Shown: positions 25,802 to 38,496 of the stretch, one piece after another
Layout: each line of letters starts with the position of its first letter
How positions within the stretch are numbered: the stretch's first letter is position 1
Source: Octopus vulgaris
Lineage: Eukaryota
Direction of reading: 5' to 3'
Assembly: GCA_951406725.2 (NCBI GenBank)
Contig: OX597814.1
Span: 156,674,001 to 156,738,000 of the forward strand
Length of the DNA: 64,000 bases
Notes under the pieces: model-generated
The model's input: only the letters and a program-made list of their open reading frames with translations
Database searches by the model: none
What the model was told of the DNA's origin: nothing
Translations under genes and position numbers: made by a program

Positions 25802-28800
25802 CAACAACAAGATCAACGGCCAGAAAACAATAATTTCTTCAGCTAGAGAAAAGATGAAGAGGAGAGAAAAATTGGCTTAATCTAGTCTGTCCACTTTGCT
25901 GACATGTAAATAATGTCCACTCTACTGATGTGTAAATAAGATGAGAAACAAGCAAGAATTAAGTTGAAATAGTGGAGTGAATAGCTTATGCAAATATTGA
26001 ACTAAAGAATAGTGCACGGTTCTTTAAATCTGCTTGTGGCAGAATGACATAGATGTACAAGTGATGGGTAATGAATGTGGAGGAGAGCGAGATAAAGATA
26101 ACATCAAGGTAGTGATTATGATGGTAATAATGATTGCAATTTCATGATGATGATGATGACCAATTGATTGATTACTCTGAATTGGCCAATATGATGCTGG
26201 ATGGTGATGGTGGAGATATGGTAATGTATTTTTAAGAGCAGACCTAATCTGATCAAGGTGACCTATGATCAAAGGGGTTCCAGCTGTGACCATCCAGCCA
26301 TTTTTCTGTCCAGGGATTATATATCTAGGACTACATTATCCAATGTAATTCTTTAATTTTGATTTCATGAACCTGCTACTAATAAATTCCATAAATGTCT
26401 CAGTGATAATGTTAATGTTGTCATTATTGTTTTACCCCAAGTAGGTTCTCATTAAGCAGAACTATGATCAAAAGACATTCCAGCCATGAGCATCCCATCA
26501 CTTTTCTTAGATGTGGTGTATCCAAACTATAATATTCAATGTATCTGGTTGATAAAAAAGATAGGTGTGGTTTCAATAAGATTTACCTGCTAACTCTAGC
26601 AGGTCGAACAAGCACTTAGAGGCTCCCTTAATTGCTTTGTGTTAATGTCTTTGATAAAGGTGGTTGATGTACATCTCCAAGTGATATTGGTAAATGGAGT
26701 TGCTAATAATGGATTCAAAGACATTTATAATTACTTTAAAAATGCAACACATTAAAGAAGGCACCACCTTCAGCTATATCACACAAAAGTTACTAGAACC
26801 AGCAAGTCTGTTTCCATAACAAATACACTAATTACAAGATCAACAACTTACATTAAGCAGTAAGACTTAATATCAAAGAAGCTCAAATTTTAAAGAAACA
26901 ATCTATAAAGAGTATTTAGCTTTTTATAACCTCCAGATATGAAGAATGGACAGAATAATAATGGCATTTATATTGAAGTTACTTATAAACTTATAATGAA
27001 GGATATAGAGCTGTCATGAAGAGGGTATTTTTATTATTTGCACAATGATGATAGATTAGACTCTTCCAGATTGGCACTATTTTATACATTATTGATTTCT
27101 TTTATTAGAATAAGGTTTACAGAAGAAACAGAAAATGAGATAGTTTAATGTCCATACCCTCCCAAGGGAATAAAATCTAACCCTTTAAAACTTTTCAGAT
27201 ATTAAATATTTTAAATAAATATTCAACTAACTGCATTTTTATCACCAGGATAAAAGAAAGATGAAGGTAAATGAGTGAAAATAGGGAAAGATTAAACTTG
27301 ATGTGTAATCCAGATGATTAAAAAGTACTTCGAAGAGCTAATGACAAGAACATTATTTAACCAAAGTTTTAATGAAATACAATGTCCAAAATCAAGAATG
27401 GTAACATAACTAACTTTTGTCATAATGAAACTGGTGTTTGGAATATATTGTTATAACCAAGGATTTCTCCTTGTATTTAATATAGCTAAGATTATATCCT
27501 AATGACTGGTCTTTCCTTTCAAAGTAAAACCTACTTCAAAAATCAAAAATTAATGACATTTTATAAAGCTCAGGTGAGTCCCACAATGGAGTACAACTCT
27601 CATGTCTGGAACAGTGCTGCTGCTGCATACACAAACTTCCTAAACCACATTTGAAAAGGGCCAATCAGCTGACTGGCATAAGCTCACTCATAAATACACT
27701 CTAGCTGCTGGCCTACAGGTATGCTCTGTACTCCCTGCCTTTTCTAATGCTATTACAACAGCCTCTGCTCCTCAAATCTGGCTGGGCCCATGCCACCTCC
27801 ACTCAGGTATTTAAATTTTGGCACAAGGTCAGCCATTTGAGGAGAGGGGGCAAGTTGATTACATCAACCCCAGTATTTGACAGGTACTTTATTTTATCAA
27901 CCTTAAAGAAATGAAAGGAAAAGTAAACCTTGGCAAGATTTTATAAGAATATTAATAATAAAATGGATGGCCATAGCTAGATCTCAGATTAACATCTATT
28001 AAATCAGGGCTGAACAGGAGCTTAGAGTTAACCAAAGAAAGCTTTGTGAGTACAATTTAGTAAATGGAAAATGTTCAGAAGCCTATGAGAGAAACTGCTT
28101 TTGTTCCTTAATCTGTCATCCAGTATAACAACACCAACTGGCCCCTGAGTACCTTTAACAGAATCAACTCTGTTGCAATTTGTTTTGAATCTGAAGATAA
28201 CTTCTCCCCTTCTTCCTCTGCCTAAGCCATGTAAAAATATTTTTTTTAAATTCATTCTCATAAGTGACCACCCTGTCTCATTGTACATTCAAGACTGCAT
28301 TATACAATGTGACCTTTATATAAGACAGAAGAATATGGATTGATGTGAGAGAAATTTGGCTTGTATTTCTAGTAGGCGGATTGACCATAGTGAGTTCATT
28401 TAAGGTAGTGTGCATGTGTGTACACCTAAGTGCAATCAGACAGAGGTGTGTATGTGTAGTAAACAATTATGTACTATGTCTCTGGATATATTCATAAAGT
28501 GATACACACACACATACATCCATACATACACGTATGTATGTTGCAAAGAACCATTCAAGCTATTCACATAGACAAAAACTGAAAACAGCAAGTGTTTCAG
28601 AATGATAACTTAACTTAAAGTTGCTATGAGATCTAATCAACTGTGAAATGTCTAACAAGGTGTGTGATGCCCCACTGAACATTAGTATCCCTCATCATCA
28701 TCTGAGGAGATACAATATCATTACAACCAAGATACTGAGAGGACTATTCAAGTGCGTATGCATTAATAACACATCGATTTTTCACTACAAGATTGTGTAA

Positions 28801-29029
28801 AGAAATGAAGCAGTCTGTCGAATGGGTTTAGATTGGAATTTAGATAAATTTCAGTTGTGCAGCTATTAATGGAGACTTTCAGGACAAATTTCATAAATTC
28901 AGCAGCAGATCATCACTAGTATTGATGTTTAAGATGATGACAATATTAATGACAATATGTGCCATTTGGAACAAATGAAAAATACCTTGTACAGCTTAAT
29001 ACTTGTTTGAACATTTATCAACCAATATA

Positions 29030-29146
29030 CACCACCCTAAAGTCCAGCCCCTCCTCAAAGCGGTAGGGTGGTGTAAATGGGCAGCGTCAGAGCTATGCCG
29101 TCGGGAACTTCGGTTCCTGGTAGGGTCACCCAAAGCGAACTGGTCT
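29030..29146 (+). ncRNA. Candidate HDV-like self-cleaving ribozyme (possibly mutated)
   Basis: P1 ACCCTA/TAGGGT (extendable to 10 bp); P2 AGTCCAG/CTGGTCT (1 mismatch); P3 CCCC/GCGG (1 mismatch); L3 TCCTCAAA; GG after P1; extended P4 capped by cUUCGg; J4/2 GCGAA with C at 29136. Confidence 0.6.
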
Positions 29147-29416
29147 GGCACCGAGCGGTATTAGGGCCGCAGCCTGGCCAACGGGGCTCTGGTGAAAATT
29201 CCAAGAGGCGCCTGATCGGCAACCGGCAGCTTCGAGGTCATTCTGTCCCTGCATCTGTGGAGACTCCGTGGCAAACAGGGCATCCCATTACTCGGGATAT
29301 GCATGCGGAATGTCGGGGACCACTTGTGAATTCAATATTCTCACAAAACTTCTTCAAAAAGAGAAGAAGTTGGCTCAACCTGTCCAGGGTGAACGCCATC
29401 ACAAGTACAAGTAAGT
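29030..29416 (+). mobile_element. Complete 387-bp non-autonomous RTE-related retroposon
   Basis: GC- and CpG-rich island flanked by the 10-bp direct repeat AACCAATATA (29020-29029 and 29417-29426); short-repeat tail ACAAGTACAAGTAAGT; no Pol III A/B boxes recognised. Confidence 0.75.
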
Positions 29417-29489
29417 AACCAATATATAAGCAAAGAAGACTATATCTGTGGATCACACCTAGTCATTTTTCAATAACTGTAAATGTTTT

Positions 29490-30631
29490 GTAAACCTTGA
29501 GCTCCAGCTGTTGTTTAGCACCAGGCCATCTCTGATCAAGTAAACTAATGATCAGGATCATACCAGCAGTAAGCTCCTCATTTTGTTTTTTTCAAGAATA
29601 GTGTGTATATATCTAGATCATTATACAGTGTATAAGTCTGCATAATCAGAGCTGACCTACAGCTATTTACAAATGGAAGTTTACTCAACACCACTGGGCA
29701 TTATTGCTAAAACAAAAACTCAATAAGACTAGCACTCTCTGCAGTAAGCAATAACATGTGAGAAGTGGTGAAATGACAAAGTAAGATTATTGGACAACTA
29801 TGATATAGACCTTGAGTCCAAATTTACTGTCTAAATTTTAATGTACATCTGAATCATACATATGATTCTACATGCGACACTCTACCACACTGAGGAAACA
29901 TGAAACGTTTAAAAGAGATTCGGTCACTAGTTTCAACTGGTCAAACGATCCTACAAAGGCTCCTTTATTGGTTAAAAAATGTTGTTCTTATATAGATCCA
30001 GAAGCCATTAACCCTTTAGCATTCAGATTATTAATTCAAATGTAAGGCTTATTTATTCATATTTTTTTAATTAATAATACATTATCTTGTAGCTTTGAGA
30101 TTTCAATGGTGCTTTAGTTTTAGAATGACATTGTAGTGTAAGTGGCTGAATCTTGCCAATTTGAACATAAAACAGTTGGCTGTTTGAAATGCTTAAGGGA
30201 CACTAATGAAATGTTTGGTTTCATGTAATTTACCTTGAACAATCAGCATGATACAGCTCATGTCATTGTAAGACCTCTACTTACAAGCAGAATTGAACTA
30301 GGATATAGAAATATTTTATATACAAGCAATTGTCTCTCATCTAATTAACATTCTGAAACTACACCAAAAAATCTGCTATTACAAACACAAAGTCCAGCCA
30401 ACAAAGAAGACAATCTGCTAGCTTGAACTGCTAAAAATAGCAACCAAATATCTTTCATGTAACACTGTTTTATCTGAAAAATAAAGGACACACTGTATAA
30501 TGTTCTAGATATATACACACTATTCTTGAAAAAAACAAAATGAGGAGCTTACTGCTGGTATGATCTTGATCATTAGTTTACTTGATTAGAGATGGCCTGG
30601 TGCTAAACAACAGCTGCAGCTCAAGGTTTAC
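29490..30631. repeat. 142-bp inverted repeat (29490-29631 / 30490-30631)
   Basis: Arms are reverse complements with 4 mismatches counted by eye. Confidence 0.9.
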
Positions 30632-30945
30632 TTTCTGTTTTATCAATGCCATAAGGATGGATTGGAGAATGAAAATAATAATAAACGATGACAGTAATGA
30701 TGATAGATGATATTATTTGACTACTGTATTTGATGGAGAACAAGAAACATCTCTTTTAAAAGAAAGTAACTCAGAAAGATTTCTTAACCCTGCAACTTGC
30801 ATGCATAAGTTAAGGCTTCTTGCAGACCAATGTTAACTATGGAATAATGACTTTAATAGACTACCAGTGAGTCCACAAAGCTCAACTCCTTCATATTGTG
30901 ACATCATTTAGTTAAATATTATTACCAGTGCTTATTATTATTATT

Positions 30946-31479
30946 AAGGCAGCGAGCTGGCAGAATCGTTAGCATGCTGGGCGAACTGCTTAGTGGTATT
31001 CCGCCTGTTGCTACATTCTGAGTTCAAATTCCATCAAGGTTAACTTTACCTTTCATCCTTTCAGGGTCAATAAATTAAGTACCAGTTGAGTACTGGGGTT
31101 GATATATCCCTTTCCCCCATATTTCAGGCCTTGTGCCAATAATAGAAAGTATTATGATTATTATCAAAGCAGCAAGTTGGCAGAATCGTTAGCATGTTGG
31201 GCGAACTGTTTAATAGTATTCCGCCCCTCACTACATTCTGAGTTCAAATTCCAAGGTCGACTTTCCCTTTCATCCTTTTGGGCTCAATAAATTAAGTACC
31301 GGTGAAACACTGGAGTCAATGTAATTGACTAGTCCCCTCCCAAAATAAAGATTATCATTATTATTATTATCATTATTATTATTATTATTGTTGTTGTTGT
31401 TACTGCTGTTGTTATCTTTAATGAAGAAAGGATGTATATAAATTAAATTGACTAGTCCCCTCTGCATTTATCAGAAAGG

Positions 31480-31515
<36 letters not shown>

Positions 31516-32533
31516 AATAATAGTGGCATTTCATCTGTCATAACATTCTGAGTTCAAATTCTACTGAGGTCAACTTTGTCTTTCATATTTTCAGGGTCAA
31601 TGAAAGTAAAGTTGAGCACTGGGGTTGATGAAATCAACTAGCCTCTTCCCTTAAAATTTCTGGCCTTGTGCCTATCATAGCACAATTATTATTAAGGAAG
31701 TGGGCTCACAGAATCCTTAACATGCCAGACAAAATGTTTTAGTGGCATTTTATCAGTCATTACATTCTCAGTTCAAATTCAACTGAGGTCAACTTTGCCT
31801 TTCATCTTTTTGAGATCAAATAAGTACCAGTTGATTACTGGAGTCAATGAAATCAACTGTCTCTCTCCCACAAAATCTCAGGCCTTGAGCCTATTGTAGA
31901 AAGGATCATTATTGTCATTATTATTAAAGGGTAAAGACCTCCTTCAGTCACAAATGACCATTGACCATGGGATTGCACCTAGAAAGTTACCCTCCAAGGC
32001 GCAAGTCCGGGCAAGGTTGTTTATGAAAGATCAGCAGTTACCCATGCATACCAGCCTCCCTTCTATACATCATCAATGTTATCCAAAGGAACAGCAAAGG
32101 TATATACAGTTTGGCACCAGTGATGTCACACCTCATTTCTACAGCTGAGTGAACAGGAACAACATGAAATAAAGTGTCTTGCTCAAGAACATGACACAGA
32201 ATTGTTAAAGTATCAGACAAAAGGCTCAGTGATATTTCTCACATTCTGATTTCAAATTCATTGATAAAAAAAAAGTATCAGTTGAGTATTGGTGTCAATG
32301 TAATTAAGTTACCTCTCTCACTAAAATTTTGGTATTTGTACCAAAATCTGAAATGTAGGTGGCAAGCTGGTAGAAGTGTTAGCACACCAAGCAAAATACT
32401 TAGCAGCATTTCACCCATTTTGACATTCAGAGTTAAAATTCTGCCCCTTTTGTTGTCATTAAAATCAGTAACCAGTTGAGCACAGGGGTCAATGTAATTG
32501 ACTTTCCTACACCTCAAAATTGCTGGACTTGTA
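30946..32533 (+). mobile_element. Cluster of family-A SINEs with an inverted family-D insert
   Basis: Repeated family-A heads and cores between (TTA)n tracts. Confidence 0.75.
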
Positions 32534-33290
32534 CCAAAATAAAGATTATCATTATTATTATTATCATTATTATTATTATTGTTGTTGTTGTTACTGCTGT
32601 TGTTATCTTTAATGAAGAAAGGATGTATATAAATTAAATCTTGTAGTCTCGAGACTAATTTCATTCACACAGCCCAAAATCTTCATAAGTAATCAAATCT
32701 GAACTGTTGCAAGTATTAAGCATCTCTATTTATGTCTTAACAACCACAATTATCTTACTTTTATCACTTGGAAGCATCTGTTAGATTTTTGAAAGAAATT
32801 TCAAATTAGAATAATAATGGTGAGTAACAAGAAAATTCACTTTTATTGCCACCACTTCTGAAGACTCAACATTATCTCCTATGTGTGCTACAATTATATT
32901 CAGGTTCATGATCAATTACTGTTGTTTAACCATGGGTTAGCTCTTTGTAGGCACATCTGTGATCAAGAGCACTCCAGTTCAGACTATCCACTTTTTTATT
33001 TTTCTGCCTGACTACATCGTCTAATGTGAAGGCATGTGGCCTAGTGGTTGGGAGTATTGCACTCACAATTGCAAGATTATGGTTTCAATTCTGGGGCTGA
33101 TCAGTGCATTGTGTTCATGAGCAAAACATGATTTCACATTCTTCCAGTCTACTCAGCTATAAATGAGTAACCCTGCAAGCGACTGGCATCCTGTCCAGTA
33201 GAGTGAAGTGATCTCATTCACTTATATGTCATAATATCTAAGTAACCAAATCTATGAATGCAAGGACTCTAGACGGTATTTACTTTTATA

Positions 33291-33340
33291 CTAGCATTAA
33301 AGACCCGTTGTTGCTGGGTCATAGTGCTAGTGCATGTATA
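33291..33340 (-). mobile_element. 3'-end fragment of the Helitron family at 11110
   Basis: ACTAGCA...GACCCG...GGGTCATAGTGCTAGTGCATG matches 11109-11155. Confidence 0.6.
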
Positions 33341-33395
33341 TATGTGTATATATATGTGTGTGTTCATATGACATTAACATATTACATGTACATTA

Positions 33396-33783
33396 CAGGA
33401 GTGGCTGTGTGGTAAGTAGCTTGGTAACCAACAACATGGTTCCGGGTTCAGTCCCACTGCTATAGCCCTGGGCCGACCAATGCCTTGTGAGTGGATTTGG
33501 TAGACGGAAACTGAAAGAAGCCTGTCGTATATGTGTATATATATATATATGTATATATGTATGTGTGTGTGTTTGAGTGTCTGTGTTTGTCCCCCTAGCA
33601 TTGCTTGATAACCGATGCTGGTGTGTTTACGTCCCCGTCACTTAGCGGTTCGGCAAAAGATACCGATAGAATAAGTACTGGGCTTACAAAGAATAAGTCC
33701 CAGGGTTGATTTGCTTGACTAAAAGGCGGTGCTCCAGCATGGCCACAGTCAAATGACTGAAACAAGTAAAAGAGTAAAAGAGT
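33396..33783 (+). mobile_element. Family-B tRNA-SINE
   Basis: CAGGAGTGGCTGTGTGGTAAG...GGGTTCAGTCCC head and ...GACTGAAACAAGTAAAAGAG tail. Confidence 0.85.
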
Positions 33784-34690
33784 ATCTATATATATACATC
33801 TACACATAAAATGCAAAATACAAAGTTATATCTTGATATCGCTAGTGGTAACAATACTCAAACTATATAACAGACTGGAATTGTTAGCTCTTTTTTTTTT
33901 CTCTACATTGTATACTTTATAGACAATAGTCTTTTCTTTAATTTAATTTTTTATTATCCATCTGGACTATTCCATTTCTGCACGCTAATTTTATTTTTAA
34001 TTTATTCATATTCATGTGAAATCACTTATTCAAGTTCAAATCATTGATGCAATTTTATACCAATTGCTATTTTTACTTTTGTTATGTTACGGTTATATTA
34101 TACTTTAGTTTGATTTTAATTATTACTTATTACATAGATGGAATGTCTTTGTTTTTAGGTATACTCATTCAGGGTTAACTGACTTAGAGTTAAACAAGAA
34201 CAAAAGGTACATGAATGCAGAAAACCAGAAATGAAAAAGCAATTTGTGGATGTAACTCACAATGTTTAGTCCTATATTGCTTAGAGCACTTTTTTAAAGA
34301 TAGGTGAAAATACAAAGGATTAAAATAAATGTGTTTCTACCAAGATAATAAACAAATTAACGCAACAAAAAATTTCAAGAGTTTAGCATAAATATTATGT
34401 TATTATTATTAGTGTTACTTGGTTCTTTATAACAGAGGGTTATTAAAATCATCCACTGCACAAAAAGTGCCTAAAAGATTATGAAAATAAAATATTAGAA
34501 TTTCAATACATTTCAAAATTAATGCATAAAAAAGAAATTTATAATAAAACTCTCTTATTATGCTGAAGGTGCAGAATTGCAAGTGATTGATTTTAGAGCA
34601 GAAAATTCAGACTAAAGAAAAAAAATAAATCCATGTGGTGTTGTTCACATTTATTGAAATGACTAGATTAACAAAGCTGGAATTAATTTA

Positions 34691-35130
34691 TCATCATCAT
34701 TGTTTAACGTCCTTCTTCCATGCTAGAATGGGTGGGACGGTACCACAGGAGTCGGTCAGGCTGAAGCTTGCACCAGACTTCTGTGACTGTTTTGGCAGGA
34801 TTTTTACAATTGGATGCCCTTCCTAACACCAACCACTCAGCAGAGTGGACTTGGTTCTTTTACGTAGCACTCTCTTCTATCAGTTCAGGTTGAGCAGGTG
34901 GTACATAAAAAGCACCATTTGAGTGTGGCTATTGCCAGTACCGCCTGACCGGCCCTCATGCCGGTGGCACATAAAAGCACCCACTACACTCTTGGAGTGG
35001 TTGGTGTTAGGAAGGGCATCCAGCTGTAGAAACTCTGCCAGATCAGACTGGAGTCTGGTGCAGTCGTCTGGTTTGCCAAACCTCAGTCAAATCGTCCAAC
35101 CCATACTAGCATGGAAAGCGGACGTTAGAT
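34691..35130. mobile_element. Two RTE 3' fragments in opposite orientation (about 34691-34870 minus, about 34893-35130 plus)
   Basis: Both carry the GGAAGGGCATCCA / GCATGGAA...GGACGTTA tail motifs. Confidence 0.7.
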
Positions 35131-37216
35131 GGCAGTGGCGACGACGACCAATAAGAAGAAAATGTGAGGACTGAAAACTTGTTTTTCCAAGGATTTGAGA
35201 AGCTGAATGCAGCCTTTAGGTATGCTTGAATAAACCATTTAAGTAAAATGTATGAAATCAATAGAGAAACAAATAAGAGAGTCATATCAGAACCTTGTAT
35301 CAACAGGAAAAAGAGAAAAGTTACTGTTATATAGGTATATAAGAAGTAAAAGGGATTTAAGTATATAATTGGTTATGGCTTTGATGGCTCTGAAGTCAAT
35401 GCATTGTTTAAAAATGGTGATACCAGAAGTAATAATGTTGATTTTGTTCAGTTTCTTGGTCATGCTATGAAGATTATCCCAGATATTTTTGTCAATCTTG
35501 TAGTAAAGTGTATCGGTAGCCTGCTTTTTATAAAGTGACTTTTCTTAGTTATATTCTATATCATTGCAGAGTCACTTTAGCTGTGTAAGAATCTACAAAA
35601 ACTGTTACAATCAATTGCTTTTTGTTTATCTTTTAATAGCTATATCTATTATAAAGCATGAAAATGTTTGGTTGTGCTTCTGTAGTTTGGTCACTGATAT
35701 AATTTCACAGCATCAAATCACTTTCCAAATAACTACAATCTGAAATAAACTTCTGTTTTCCCTTATAATGTTTAATTCATTTTTTCACAATAGGCACAAG
35801 TGTGTTTGTGTGATTAAGAAACTTGCTTCTCAACCATGTGATCTCAGGTTCAATCCACAGTGTGGCCAACACAAAAATTGTAATAAACTTGTTGCATGCA
35901 CATGCATGTGTGTTTGTGTGCATGTGTGTATGTATGCATGCGTGAATGTATTTATTTGGTTGTACCCCAGTTTGGATATCAATTAGTTGTTGTCTATTAG
36001 TATCACCATCATACAAGCAATGTAGTTCATTTCCAATCTTCCACGAAAAGATGTCTGAGCACAGGGAAATATTATCTTACTTGGAAACAGGTGATGGATG
36101 GTTGGTGACAGGAAGAACATCCTGCTGCAGAAAATCTCTGCTTCAACGAATCCTATCTGACCCATGGAAGCATGTAAAAATGAATGCAAAAAGAGGATGA
36201 TGATGATGATGATGATGTAAATAACGATTTGGTCATATTTGATTTTTTTTCTTTGTGGTTCAAACTATATTGGCAGTTGCTTATTTCTTGTTTCTTTTTT
36301 AATCTAAATAATAACATGACTACTTCTATTTTCTCTTTTAAATGACAGTCGTATTGCTAAAAGGTTATTCTTTTCAAAAACCTGCCATCATTGTTGCGTC
36401 TTTTATGCAGGCTTATTTCTGCAATGCTGTAATTATATGTTTCAATGAACATTAACTCCTCGAAGTACAGGAAAAATTCCTTTTTTCTTACTATATCTTT
36501 ACTAATATAAGTGAAATGGAGAGTGTATAATATACCCTTGTTCCTTATATATCATCAATTGCAATAAATCCAGCAAGCAACATATGACCTGTTAATGTGT
36601 GTATATTAAGATTGAAGATTCTTTCAAGGAAGTAAAAAAAAAAGACTGAAATTACTTTCTACTGGATTTCCTATATTCACAGAAAGAACTGAAATTACCA
36701 CAGCAGCTAACAATGGAGGCTCTGATATTGGCTAGAAATAGTTGTCAAATCTCCCTCAAATTACATCTTCTTCTTCTAAGAAAAAAGACACACTAGATAA
36801 TGTAGTTTGTGATACACTATTTCTGAAAATAAGATAATCATGGCCTGAATGCTTTCATTACGCTGTGTAACACGATTTTTGTCCTTGTGTAATAACTGTT
36901 ATTTCCTATTTGCCTAGCCCAAGAAAGTATGAAAAATGGCTAAGATTTCCTTCAAACTTTTCTTATTACAGTTATCTAAACCCCAAAGAATCCCTCTCAA
37001 CACATGGCTACAATGCTCTCCCACTATTCCTGTTCATGATCAGTGATACACATACTGTCAGTCACTAAAGTACATGCTCAAGTGGTTAAGGTCAAGCAAC
37101 TGACAACCATATAATGGAAAATAAATCAGTTTCAATACATTAATGCCCAAAAGCAAAGTTTGAAGGGAATAGTAGTCATTTCCTTTAATTTCTAAATAGA
37201 AGCAAATAGGTGTCTA

Positions 37217-37785
37217 TCAAGGCTATACCTAATACATAAATCCACAAGTGCGTTTTCAGGCTATTTATCTTATTGTTATTATTATTAATGGATTAAAGTT
37301 AAAAATACATATGATAAGTCATATTAAATAGAAAAATAAGAATATGAATAAAAATATAATGAAAATATATAAATTACAAATATTTTTTTTTTTAATTTTA
37401 AAAATTAATAAAATTTAAAAAATCAAACACCTAAAATTACAATACCGATATATATAGAAAATGCTAAACCTAAGGAAACCCTAAATGACTATATTATAAA
37501 CACATAAAATCCTACAACCTATCTATATAAACATTACAGGAATTAGTAATTTAATGTAAGATTTATCCCTATCTATACAAGTAAAAATTACCATTTTTTA
37601 TGTCAAATCTAAGTTAATAGTATTTAAAAGATTATTTAGTAAAAACCACTATATACATTATAAATTTATTGAATAAAACTAATAAAAAAAATCTAGTAAA
37701 AAAAATTTACAAAGGAAGAATACTTATCGACGTAATGTTTACTCCTTCTTGTTCCTGTGGATTTATGTATTAGGTATAGCCTTGA
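37217..37785. mobile_element. 569-bp MITE (Tc1/mariner-type) with perfect 30-bp terminal inverted repeats and TA duplication
   Basis: TCAAGGCTATACCTAATACATAAATCCACA (37217-37246) has its exact reverse complement at 37756-37785; TA at 37215-37216 and 37786-37787; AT-rich non-coding interior. Confidence 0.85.
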
Positions 37786-38099
37786 TAACCACCCCACCAA
37801 TGCAGAAACACGTGTAGCATTGATTAAAAATATCTTCTTTACTCACAGGCTATTTTTCAAATAGCTTTATTGTATTTTATAGTAGGGTTTTTAAATGCAT
37901 AGATTATTTTATTGGATATAACTTCCTTTGTGTATTCCATACAACAAGGTTGTTCTGAAATAGGAGTTGCGGTTCTCTTGGTAAAATCCCAAATTTGTAA
38001 TAATATTACAAATGATACAATTTACATTGCATTAGTAAAGTGTAAAACAGTAAATGTCCTGATAACATGGAATACTTATTATTCCCTTAGATTTAAAAT

Positions 38100-38160
<61 letters not shown>

Positions 38161-38177
38161 TATACACATATATATAT

Positions 38178-38480
38178 CGCGCTTCAGGACCAGTTACTGC
38201 AGCAGCCTGGGTTTCAGGGACCCACAGCTTTTTAATATTCTCCCAAAGAGCCTGAGGAACCAACACAAAGTAGATGCAGGTATTTTTAAATCAAGGCTGG
38301 ACCTCTTCCTATCGAGTCCCAGATGAAACTACCTCACAGCAAGAGGTGCAAATGAGGGTAGCTACATCAAACCCCATTCTTCAGCAAGTACCAGATATTG
38401 GAGAAGGCTCTCAGTAATAACTGTATAGCAAAATGCTGGTGCATCAGCATGGCAACGGCTCCAAGCTAAAACTACAAAGA
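38178..38480 (+). mobile_element. CR1/L2-group LINE 3' fragment
   Basis: Frameshifted peptide resembling RFRTSYCSSLGF..PQLFNILPKSLRN..FKSRLDLFL..VPDE; flanked by (TA)n. Confidence 0.55.
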
Positions 38481-38496
38481 ATATATATATATATAT

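Noticed and set aside
29077-29418. 113-aa ORF in the GC-rich insert
   Set aside because: No recognisable motif; it overlaps the predicted ribozyme and is explained by high GC content.
37260-37720. Mitochondrial insertion (very AT-rich tract)
   Set aside because: No recognisable mitochondrial gene or tRNA; it is the interior of the TIR-bounded element.
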